From the NCBI RefSeq assembly GCF_001194135.2, contig NC_068983.1, positions 109,500,451 through 109,564,450 of the forward strand: 64,000 bases of DNA, written 5' to 3'. Positions 39,911 to 51,216 of this stretch are shown here, piece after piece. The notes beneath the pieces are model-generated. The model saw nothing but the letters and a program-made list of their open reading frames with translations. It was not told the DNA's origin and made no database searches. This DNA is from Octopus bimaculoides (Eukaryota). Within the stretch, counting starts at the first letter, position 1. Each line of letters starts with the position of its first letter. The position numbers and the translations under genes are program-made.

Positions 39911-40808
39911 CCACCATCATCATGTTAAAGCAGGCCATAGCTGAAATATATTCTTTGAGAATTCTCTTGTAGAATTAAGCAAAGTCTTTGAAAAACACTA
40001 ATCTGGATAAGATGAATTCTTGTTGAACTAAAATATAAACAAATCCTTAACACACAGTACTATTAGATTAGTCATGAACTGAGCTGCTTCTAGCTGAAAA
40101 CTATGATAGATTATCTGAGATTTGGAAGTATTACAAAATATCAGATCATTAAAGTAGAATTTGTATGAGACAATACTAATGTATTAGAATCTGATTTTCT
40201 CTTAGAAACTAAATTTACAAGCATCTACAAATTAGAAAATTATCAACCAAAGTACATAACGGTTCAATTTATATTCTGAAAAAATTATTTACTTATATTT
40301 TGGTAAATAATTTTCTGATTACCATCCAAACTGAATGTATATTTTGCAAGTATATTCAAGTACTATAAATACTTATGAGCCCATCAGTTTCTAGTTATTC
40401 TCAAGCCAAACCACCAGCCCTCTGTGAATTAGTAACCTTAAACTTTTATTGGTAAGTTTAATTTCATATTGATAAACTCACTAATTTTCATAGAGTTGAT
40501 CCAAGAGATGCAATGCCTTATCTTAAATATAAAATTGTAACACCTACATTATGTGTTACATGACCAGAAACAGGTAATTCCAAAATATCCACTTAAATGA
40601 CTGCATATTTATTTAGTTGTCATAACTCATATAGTTTATCACTGATAACTTCAAAGAGATCTTAACTTACTATATATATATATATGTGTGTGTGTGTGTG
40701 CATATACATGTAACCTTAAATGTGTGCACATATGTATATGTGCGTGTATGTATATATGTAACATTGTACGTATGTAGCACATATATATGTGTATGTGTGT
40801 GTATATAA

Positions 40809-40865
<57 letters not shown>

Positions 40866-41600
40866 CTAAACAAAAACAGNNNNNNNNNNAACAGGTGGCT
40901 AGTTCAAAACATTACAACAGGCATCTCATTAGTATGGTCAGTTTCCAAATATGAAATTCATTAAATAACATACTAAATAACCTTACACAAAACTCACATT
41001 GTTACATAACCATTCCATTTCATCAATTGATATTCTGCCGAATACCAAAACATCACATGCACACACACACACACACACACAAACATACACACACACACAC
41101 ACATACACACACGCACAAACATGTAAATACATACTTATACATACACATACATACACTAGATATAGTTCCTCAGGAGAGAAAAGAAGAACCATGTATAGTC
41201 ATAGTGATCAATTCTCATGAAAATGTGAGCGTCTCTTCCAAAATCAGTCAGAAGGATAATTATGGACAACTGATTTACAACTTGCAATTACTCAATCCTG
41301 ATTATAAATTCACACTTATCACAATAATTAATAGAATTGGTTATACTAGTAAACATTCAAATGACAATCTTAAAAAAGCTGAAGGTTTTCAAGCAAAAAT
41401 TAGACCAGCCAACATGTACTTTACAAATATAATTTGTAAGTACAACAGTAAATAATTTAATGCAAATGAAGTATAATGAAGTACGATTTATTTGTTTAAA
41501 CCAAAATATTCAAGCCTCAATCACAGAGCAAATGTGCATGTCAACAAGCATAATTTTCAATAGCATAGAAGAACAGAATAAATGTATATTTTTCATATAC

Positions 41601-42232
41601 AGGCACAGGAGTGGCTGTGAGGTAAGTAGCTTGCTTACCAACCACATGGTTCTGGGTTCATTCCCACTGTGTGATACCTTGGGCAAAAGTCTTCTACTAT
41701 AACCTCGGGCCAACTAAAGCCTTGTGAGTGGATTTGGTAGATGGAAACTGAAAGAAGCCCGTCGTATATATGTATGTATGTATATGTTTGTCCCCCTAAC
41801 ATCGCTTGACAACCGATGCTGTGAGGACAAACACCTACCCTTTGATATAAATCTGTGTTTTCATCTAGAGTAACAAAAACAGGTGGCTAGTTCAAAACAT
41901 TACAACAGGCATCTCATTAGTATGGTCAGTTTCCAAATATGAAATTCATTAAATAACATACTAAATAACCTTACACAAAACTCACATTGTTACATAACCA
42001 TTCCATTTCATCAATTGATATTCTGCCGAATACCAAAACATCACATGCACACACACACACACACACACACAAACATACACACACACACAAACATACACAC
42101 ACACACATACATGCAGTTCGGCAAGATGGACCGATAGAATAAGTACTAGGCTTACAAAGAATAAGTCCTGGGTTCGATTCGCTTGACTAAAAGCAATACT
42201 CCAGCATGGCCGCAGCCAAATGAAACAAAAAT
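41601..42232 (+). mobile_element. tRNA-derived SINE interrupted by a ~290-bp insertion (41822-42112)
   Basis: Head and body 41601-41821, tail resumes GCAGTTCGGCAAGATGGACCGATAGAATAAGTACT at 42113; compare intact copy 60042-60431. Confidence 0.85.
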
Positions 42233-42235
42233 AAA

Positions 42236-42283
42236 TACCATGTGGTTGGGAAGCAAGCTTCTTACCAAACAGCCACACCTGCA

Positions 42284-42290
<7 letters not shown>
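42236..42290 (-). mobile_element. SINE head fragment
   Basis: Reverse complement GGTGCAGGTGTGGCTGTTTGGTAAGAAGCTTGCTTCCCAACCACATGG. Confidence 0.7.
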
Positions 42291-42315
<25 letters not shown>

Positions 42316-42317
<2 letters not shown>

Positions 42318-42770
42318 TAGACTACCTTTGACCCGTTGGGTCACCAGGAGTTCAAGGTACCCAAAAAAGCTGTGTATCTCGGGAATCTGTGGTCAACAAA
42401 ACTTCTGTTATTCCGTGTGCATTCACATTTTAATGGTACCTTACTTTCAGTGCATTTTCCCTACTATACGCCAATTTGGCTATTTATAAAGGTACCCCAT
42501 AAAAACCGTGTATCTCGGTAACCAGTTGTCCGATTTACACAAAACTTGTATTCCATTTGTATTGTGGAGGAGTATGCCAAAACGATCGTTGTGATAAATA
42601 GTGTTTCCAATGCACTCTGTATTTTGTATCTATCCTTTAGAATGTACTCAAAGTGCACCGAGGAATTCCTAACGCCCAAACTCCATTTACCGTGGATGAC
42701 GTCTGGTAGTCATAAGTGGTGAACGTGCTCTGCCAACACACTCCTAGGGACATACTGAAAATAAGGTTTG
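42316..42770. repeat. Unclassified, probably non-autonomous repeat with internal direct subrepeats
   Basis: AAGGTACCC..AAAAA.C.GTGTATCTCGG at 42355 and 42489; higher GC and CpG than flanks; no ORF. Confidence 0.4.
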
Positions 42771-43753
42771 ATTGCTAGATTGTAAAATTTCATATCTAGA
42801 CTTTAATTTTAATACTCTGTGTGTGTGTGTGTGTNNNNNNNNNNNNNNNNNNNNNNNNNNNNNNNNNNNNNNNNNNNNNNNNNNNNNNNNNNNNNNNNNN
42901 NNNNNNNNNNNNNNNNNNNNNNNNNNNNNNNNNNNNNNNNNNNNNNNNNNNNNNNNNNNNNNNNNNNNNNNNNNNNNNNNNNNNNNNNNNNNNNNNNNNN
43001 NNNNNNNNNNNNNNNNNNNNNNNNNNNNNNNNNNNNNNNNNNNNNNNNNNNNNNNNNNNNNNNNNNNNNNNNNNNNNNNNNNNNNNNNNNNNNNNNNNNN
43101 NNNNNNNNNNNNNNNNNNNNNNNNNNNNNNNNNNNNNNNNNNNNNNNNNNNNNNNNNNNNNNNNNNNNNNNNNNNNNNNNNNNNNNNNNNNNNNNNNNNN
43201 NNNNNNNNNNNNNNNNNNNNNNNNNNNNNNNNNNNNNNNNNNNNNNNNNNNNNNNNNNNNNNNNNNNNNNNNNNNNNNNNNNNNNNNNNNNNNNNNNNNN
43301 NNNNNNNNNNNNNNNNNNNNNNNNNNNNNNNNNNNNNNNNNNNNNNNNNNNNNNNNNNNNNNNNNNNNNNNNNNNNNNNNNNNNNNNNNNNNNNNNNNNN
43401 NNNNNNNNNNNNNNNNNNNNNNNNNNNNNNNNNNNNNNNNNNNNNNNNNNNNNNNNNNNNNNNNNNNNNNNNNNNNNNNNNNNNNNNNNNNNNNNNNNNN
43501 NNNNNNNNNNNNNNNNNNNNNNNNNNNNNNNNNNNNNNNNNNNNNNNNNNNNNNNNNNNNNNNNNNNNNNNNNNNNNNNNNNNNNNNNNNNNNNNNNNNN
43601 NNNNNNNNNNNNNNNNNNNNNNNNNNNNNNNNNNNNNNNNNNNNNNNNNNNNNNNNNNNNNNNNNNNNNNNNNNNNNNNNNNNNNNNNNNNNNNNNNNNN
43701 NNNNNNNNNNNNNNNNNNNNNNNNNNNNNNNNNNNNNNNNNNNNNNNNNNNNN

Positions 43754-44075
43754 NTTTCTGTTTGTTTTCCTGTCTTGTTTTTTGTCCGCCACTACATTCC
43801 TCCATGGCAAGGTTTAATTTGTGTATACAAATTTAATTTGCGGTCCATGGGAAGAGCCGTTTTAACGATGCGTCCTACCCAGCTCTTCGAAACGCCGGTG
43901 TTAAAACGGGGGTAGCTGATGAAGGAAAATGTTCTCTATGTGGCTTGTATGTTTTCTTGTCTACGTTTTGTTTGCAATGTCCTGTACCCAGATATGCACC
44001 TATACATACAGGTAGATGTCGGTATGCACATACCTGTACGTATATATGCATATACTCATTTACTATTGTTTATAT
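43754..44075. repeat. Unclassified structured repeat
   Basis: CpG-rich segment with several nested inverted repeats; left end lost in a gap. Confidence 0.4.
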
Positions 44076-45033
44076 ATATATATATGGTCATCTCATAAAT
44101 AATGAGGTTGTTTCAATTGCATGAGCTAAAAGTCGGAGGAGGAGGGGATAAACTATCTGTATCAATTTGCTATAAAAGCAGATAGTAATTTTAACCTGTA
44201 CTTATTCTTTGTGCAAGTTTTGGAGAGTGCAGTTCGATTTTAAAAGTTATTTTTCCAAAGCTGTAATGGAAGTGACAAAGAGCATATTCGACATATTTTG
44301 CTTTATGAGTTCAATAAAGGCAACCAAGCAACGGGAAATACGAAGAATACTAATGCAGTATATGGGGATTGGATCAATAAGTGTAAGCCAGTGTCAATAG
44401 TGGTTTCACAAATTCCGACCTGGAAACTAAACCCTAGAAGTCGAGCCTCATTGCAGAAGATCTGTTGAGCTGGACAAGGACGTCCTGCAAACCCTGGGGA
44501 TCAATATCTCATCGTAACTGTTGAGCAACTAGTAAAGAAGCTTGGATTTAGTCATTCAACCATTCATCGACACCAGCGCTAGAAGAAAAATATCCAACAT
44601 TGGTTTCAAGACGAAAGGTGTTCCTCCATCAGGATAATGCTTGGCTACATACAGTGTGGCTGACATTCCAAAGGCTGGAACAGTTTGAATGAGAAACGAT
44701 ACTCCACCCACCATGTTCACCGGACATTGCCCCATCTAATTATCATTTATTCTACAGAATTCGAAATCATTTGGATGGAAAAAAAATGTATTCTTAGACG
44801 AGGTCAAAATAGTACCAAAGGAGTATTTTTCATCACAGACAAGTGAATTTTGGAAGAGGGGCCTTGCAAGTCTCCCAGATAGCTGGAAGAGCATTGTCAA
44901 AAAGGAAGAAGTGTATATTTTAGATTAAAAAAGAACTTTGTTTATCTTAATTTTAAAAAATAAAAGAAATAAAAAAAACATTATTTACATTATCTACATT
45001 TGACGGATATTCGTCCTCATCTTGTTTGTTGTT

Positions 45034-45079
45034 AACACAACGTTTCGGCTGATATACCCTCCAGCCTTCGTCAGGTGTC
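45034..45079 (-). ncRNA. Minimal type I hammerhead ribozyme (left arm copy)
   Basis: Reverse complement identical to 45394-45439. Confidence 0.72.
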
Positions 45080-45153
45080 TTGGGGAAATTTCGAACCTGG
45101 GTTCTCATTCCTATCGATGTTACTATTATTATTATTATTATTATTATTAATCA

Positions 45154-45195
45154 GGTCGCTGCCGTGAATCGAACTCGGAACCTTGGGGTTAGTAG
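45154..45195 (-). other. tRNA-like Pol III head, 3' half (left arm)
   Basis: Reverse complement CTACTAACCCCAAGGTTCCGAGTTCGATTCACGGCAGCGACC with B-box GTTCGATTC. Confidence 0.6.
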
Positions 45196-45249
45196 NNNNN
45201 NNNNNNNNNNNNNNNNNNNNNNNNNNNNNNNNNNNNNNNNNNNNNNNNN

Positions 45250-45299
45250 AGCGTGGGCTACTAACCCCAAGGTTCCGAGTTCGATTCACGGCAGCGACC
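45250..45299 (+). other. tRNA-like Pol III head, 3' half (right arm)
   Basis: AGCGTGGGCTACTAACCCCAAGGTTCCGAGTTCGATTCACGG: anticodon-like stem-loop, T-arm-like segment, B-box GTTCGATTC at 45279-45287; A-box would lie in the gap. Confidence 0.65.
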
Positions 45300-45393
45300 T
45301 GATTAATAATAATAATAATAATAATAATATAATAATAATAATAATAATAGTAACATCGATAGGAATGAGAACCCAGGTTCGAAATTTCCCCAA

Positions 45394-45439
45394 GACACCT
45401 GACGAAGGCTGGAGGGTATATCAGCCGAAACGTTGTGTT
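45394..45439 (+). ncRNA. Minimal type I hammerhead ribozyme (right arm copy)
   Basis: Stem I GACAC/GTGTT, core CTGACGA, stem II GGCTG/CAGCC, GAAA, palindromic stem III AACGTT, predicted cleavage after GUU (45434). Confidence 0.72.
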
Positions 45440-46859
45440 AACAACAAACAAGATGAGGACGAATATCCGTCAAATGTAGATAATGTAAATAATGTAAATA
45501 ATTCCTCATCTCTTAAATATAGAACTGTAAATTAAAAAAAACTGCATTATTTATGGGATGACCCAACATATATATATACAAATTGACATCTCACTATATT
45601 TGAATTAAAATGACGTAATATATCCAAACAATCATATTTGTTTCGATTTCCATAAAATATCAATTAATTTTCTGAAATTTTATTCATAAATAAATCACTT
45701 TAATATTTTGATGTACCTGTGGTGAAACAAATCAGAAAAGTAATAAAACATATTCATGACATTTACAATCATTTCTTCAAAAATTAATTACTTCAAAACT
45801 TTACAATGTGTCATGTGCAGATGTTTAGACTGCTCATTAAATGCCAGTTCTCATTTATGAAGTAAAGTATAAATACAATGTAATATAAGTGTATCACTGG
45901 CATGAAAAAGAGAAATAATTACCTGTCTTTAGACAGCTTGACAAATTATTTCTGCACAGTATATTTTCTTTGTTAATGGCCTTCATCTTCTGGTCATTTT
46001 GATAAATATTCAATGAGACTAAACCATGAGTTATTTTGCCACTCTAGTTTAGCAACATGTTTTCAGTCTTTGTAGTACAAGGATTGATTTTCCACTCACC
46101 ACAAACCTAACTGGTAGAGAAGCTAGAAACTGTAAGATCACACGAATATTTGTGAAGAAATATATAGATCTGTGCAGACTTGCAGAGTGAGAATTTCCTT
46201 AGAAATTTTAGTACTCATTAAGCATCAACTTCTTGATGAAATGAGTCATAATTTTGTCATTTCTTCCTTATATTGTTCCCTGATTGATATTAAAATTTGG
46301 TGTCAGATGATCAAATTCGCAAGAAACACAAGACAGAGCTTGGAAACCTTATTTTTAAAGAGGGTTTAATGAGATTCATAAGCAATAATTAGTGTTTTGG
46401 TGATAATAATCTTCAACTGAATTACTAGGGGAGTTTGACAAGTAACACTACTTGTTGTTCCTTTAGCTAGCTGCAGTCCATGTTAATTTTGTATAGAATT
46501 GTTTTTACTTCTATATAAACCTCATTGACAAAAAGTTAGCTTCTTTAGCTCAACAACAAATATTAACCTCATTTTATTTTTGATACAATAAAAAGAAATT
46601 GATAAATTTATTTTGCATTTTTCTTATGTGTGTAAAAGACAGAATGAAAAATTACAAATCGATTCAGAATTGAATATGTGTAGTAGCATGGATATATCTG
46701 TATAATGACCTCATTGTCCAAGAAAGGGAGTATGTTTCAGAAATCCACCTAGTTTCAGAAAGTGTTGGCATGGTTTACCAGTATTTTTTAAACAAATAAT
46801 TTATAGTTTCATGCATAAAGTCAAAATCAAATATGTTGATCTTATTCTTAGCCCCCAGT

Positions 46860-47720
46860 AGAGAATAATTAATATTTTTACAATTCACACTACTCAAGAG
46901 AAACCATGATAATCATTCCAATACAGCCCTGGAATTCCTGACAACTACATCTTTGCAGCTTTTCATAATCAGTAGTTAGTGATATATCTTTGCCATTGAA
47001 TTTTTCAATTGGTATGCCCAACCTTTAAACGTTTTAACAATAGCATTTATTTGTTACCGATGCATTTGCTTAGGAATTTTCATGCACCCACCAAAAGGTT
47101 TAACATTTTCTACACTGCTGACAAAAGTTGTGATTCAATAGATGCATCCTGTATTTCATTGGTAGTCACTGACAAAAAATTATCATCCTTCAAGTCATTT
47201 ACAAATAGTGACCTAATTTCTTCCGACACAACAACAGAAAAGTTTATTGATTTATTTTGCATTTGTAATAATAAATGTGTGGCTTTTTTTTACCCTGCTT
47301 TTCACCCAATGAAATACTGAAAGTAACCTAAATCCCTGTATTTTTTAAAATTCTATGATCCATGTAGTTCTTTTTGGCCAGCTGAATTATTAAATGGAAT
47401 ATTGACAGTATTTCTTTCTTTGTTTTGCTTGATAATTTTATATACAGTGTTTACCACCAGCTTGATGAAGAACTTGTACAAAGTGAATTGCATTGATTTC
47501 GTACTTGATGCTTTTTGCATGGTTGTTAATCATGCAATGTTTATCACCTAAAGCAATTTTCCAATCACAGAATGGAACGTTTTTTAATTCTGTAGTTGCA
47601 GGAGCCAGTAGCCGATAAATGATAACTGAATACAAAACAATGTCTGCAATTCATTCCACCAATTTCTAGTGAGTATCTTAATCACTGGAACTCAATTTCC
47701 TATACTTGCAAATATCCAAG
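46860..47720 (-). mobile_element. hAT transposase relic
   Basis: Minus strand, in order: FQ*LRYSLEIGGMNCRHCFVF and FCDWKIALGDKH...H (TTF-type Zn finger), FLSVTTNEIQDASIESQL (FSxxxDExTDxSxxEQL), DYEKAAKM (YDGAxNM). Confidence 0.65.
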
Positions 47721-47899
47721 CTTATTACCATTCTTTAGAAATAGAGCTATGGGGAAGACAGTATGAGTTTGACAAATATGAGATTATGTTATTTTAGTGA
47801 TTGCCTATATTTTATCACAACAAATGAAAAAATTGAATAAACGTATTACTTGGAGAATTTTTGGTGTTTAAATTTAGAAGTGGATTCTACCTTACCTAA

Positions 47900-48190
47900 T
47901 TTTTTCTTGACTTGTTATCAACAAAGTTTACAAAGGGTGATGCAAGCTGTCACTCAGAGGCACATTGTCAGCATGATTTATGAAATTTTGTGGCTATTTG
48001 GTCAATAGGCTTTATCAGCAGAGACATTGTTAAGAGATGACAAAATTAGAGGAAATACTTTCAGCATTTGACATATTGGAAGAGTAGGCTGCTAGATTTA
48101 GATAAAAGATCTTCATCAATGGAAATATTGAAAGGGAGACCAGAAAATTTAGAAAAGGTATTTATCAGTAAGACTTCTAGAGGAAAATAC
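47900..48190 (-). mobile_element. Possible piggyBac transposase relic
   Basis: PLEVLLINTFSKFSGLPFNISIDEDLLSKSSSLLFQYV resembles the piggyBac NxSIDEsLxxxKGRLxFxQY motif; one motif only. Confidence 0.35.
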
Positions 48191-51163
48191 AAAATAAGCA
48201 GAAATATGAATGCTACAAGTTAATGCTTCTTGATTAAAAAATGTGCAAATACATTCCGATACTCCACTTCATAAAATGTTTTCACTAAAAATAAAATATA
48301 TAACGATCAGTAATAGATTTAGAGGGGAGTTGAAGACATTTATCCTCTCAAACAAGTTATTTACTAATTTTACAATAATGTCTTTAAAAAGATGGCACAT
48401 AACTTTGACAATTGGTAATTAATTGCTATGATTTACTTGGAACACTCTTTTCATATTATGATCTTTTGTAGCTGACAGTTATTTATTATATGGCTTAAAA
48501 ACTGCCTCTATATTGTGGACAACTGTTTCATATTAATTACCTGCTGCAGTTATCAGTTCACAAAGAGAAATTCTATAAGTTATATGATGATCATTTAAAT
48601 TTATTCTTTGAAATATTTTCTAATGGACATCAACTCTGATCTACAATGACTAAAATTTAAAGATCTATTGCTTTAGAAAATTAGGCTGCATATGGGTCGG
48701 ACCGTTCACCACCTACCTTGAAACCATTGAGACTGGACATTATCTCCATATATGAACATTTACTCCCCTGTTTGAACACTCTGTTGTTGCAATCAGAAGG
48801 TTACCTCTTTTTAACAGGAAGTACGAGATTACCTGCCTTGCTCGTGAATGAGGTTACCTGTCTCGTATTATGCTAACTTCCTGTATATATATTTGGTTAT
48901 TCATACCAACATTATTTCCCTTCTGCCAAACGATCGTTGACAAACGTCTATCTAACCCTTCATTATCTTATAGATATACATAACACAAGTGTTATGTAAT
49001 TCATCTACATAATGAAAAATACCAAAAAAAAACACTGTACAAGACTACTTAAGAAAAAAAATATGTCAAACATAGAATTGTATTAATTAATATCCAGTTT
49101 GTAAATTAAATAACATTTGTCTTTATAATCTGAGCTTAATGTAAAAATCTTTTTAAATTTATAGTACTAAGTGATTCAAACGAAAAACAAGCAGTAAGAA
49201 CATTGTTAATTTAAGCATGTAGTAAAGTTATTTTATTAAATTTTTCCTTATTTTCAGAATTAATTAAAACGAAGTCAGTGTATTTCAACAGATCTATTGT
49301 AATAAAAGGGTCATGATAAAGTGTGTTGAAAGGCAGGTCATGAAAGTTGGGTATGTGAGTAAAAAAGCAGAAAGTCTGGGCAAAAGGCAAGAGACAAAAT
49401 ATATACACAATAACACAGATGTATATACAATGTGGGAGGATGAAGGAAAGTATCAGAATGAGCTGTTAAGAGATATTTGAACAAATAATTTATAAATTTT
49501 TGTTGAGAAAAAATTAAATTTAAATAATTATCTACTAATCTGTGAAAATTTTTTTAAAAAAAAGAGAATCTAAAAATTGTGAGAAGTGTCAAGAATTATT
49601 TAAAGAAGAATGCACTGAGAAAGAAGATAGACAGAAAAGCTCATACACTGGACTGTACTAGTAGACAAATTTTAAATTTCAGTGAACAAAATTTAGCATG
49701 AAACTCCTCTATCATGAAGTTAAGCCAGCTCAATGTTTATTAAAAGCTTACTTGATACTTGACACATTTAAGAGTTAGGATATTGTTCAGGATTTTTTAA
49801 AAAGAAGATTAGTACTGAGAGGTGAATAAATTCTTGAGAGAACTGAGACAGAGACACATAGAAATTATCACAATAACAGCATCAGCCTCAACTAAAATCT
49901 CTAGCCATATAATATTACTTAGACAAATGAAATGAATATCTTTATTTCTATGCATTATATTTTTTTGTGTACAAGTAAAATAAAATGACATGTAATATCA
50001 TAAAATTTCAATTGTTTTCCATCTTTTACTAAATTATAATGAAAAAATAATTGCTTATTTTTATATGAATTTATCACTTTGTTCTGCATTTTGCATCTAT
50101 ATCACTAGTATTTTCAATATTGTAAAGTTTTAAACTTATGTATTCATGTTGATAGATGATATGATGAAAGATAGATTCTCAAAAACAATCTTGGTTTCTT
50201 AAAGCAATAAGACACCAAATACTTTCCAAATAACCAGTGTCATGTGAAAAAGAGTAAACAAATAATATAAAGTCATATTAGAGTAAACTTGAATCAAGAC
50301 TGATATTACACATTTTATTAGTAAAGTATTTCACTGCAGAATTCTCATTTCTGATATTTGTGTTTAGAACTTACTTTTTCGTGTTATCAAATGACCTACA
50401 TTTCTAAAACAGTCATAGCTACAAAATGCTTTGCTTTACTTTTATACATGGTTCCATGTTACTTTTTATTAGATACATTTGCTATATAGTAGCTCTTGCA
50501 TAATTTTGTGTTTCAATCCATAAATTACAAATGATGTCCCTAAAAGATATTATATAAATAAAATTACAAAACTTTTATTATAGATTTTTGTCATATGTTA
50601 TTATTGTTAATTCAAGTTTTATAAATCATTTTTTAAAATCTAAAACAAAGTAGCCATAATTTCAAGAGTTATGTCATGAGTATTCTCAGCTTAATTTTCA
50701 ACTTCAGTCATCGTTAAGGGTTCATTTTATTATGTTTACTGCATTACTATAATTATGTAACTTGTTTCAGATCCATATTTCACCTGATAAATATTAGCTT
50801 TCATAACTAATCAACTGTCAGCACTAAATTAAAGTGAGACAAGGAGTCACATAGCCCATCAAAATTCCAAGTTAATGCATAAAACACATGCCTGTGTAAA
50901 TTACTTCTTTTTTTATCATATAGTATGAATTTATTTTATATTCCAGATTTTTATTTGGATTGATGTAAAAAATTATAGCTGGAAAGCAGAAGTGCATTTT
51001 ATGCAAGTGAGCACCTTATATGTGGGCAAATATGGTATTGTTTTTTTTTAACATATTACAAGTTAAAATAGTAATATTGAATTATATGCTCATGTGTTTA
51101 AATGAGCAACTTACAGAAATATTCTTAATCAAATTTAATTTTCTAAATGGAAACTATATTGTA

Positions 51164-51216
<53 letters not shown>

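Larger units (their letters stand above)
44979..45529. mobile_element. Palindromic tRNA-head / hammerhead element (putative Penelope-dependent non-autonomous retroelement)
   Basis: Arms 44979-45195 and 45258-45494 are exact reverse complements apart from (AAT)n length; centre hidden by 54 N; right arm continues to 45529. Confidence 0.85.
44083..45566 (+). mobile_element. Internally deleted mariner element hosting a palindromic insertion near its right TIR
   Basis: TIRs TATGGTCATCTCATAAATAATGAGGTT and AACTGCATTATTTATGGGATGACCCAA; remnants MEVTKEHIRHILLYEFNKG (ATG 44266), FLHQDNA, HPPCSPDIAPSNYHLF. Confidence 0.9.

Noticed and set aside
45154-45299. Functional tRNA genes
   Set aside because: Only 3' halves are visible, the ACT anticodon-like triplet is atypical, and they are embedded in a repeat; treated as SINE-type heads.
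45923-46124. Minus-strand exon candidates (45923-46043 and a 30-nt one near 46095-46124)
   Set aside because: No pyrimidine tract for the longer one, no recognisable product, no phase-consistent partner.
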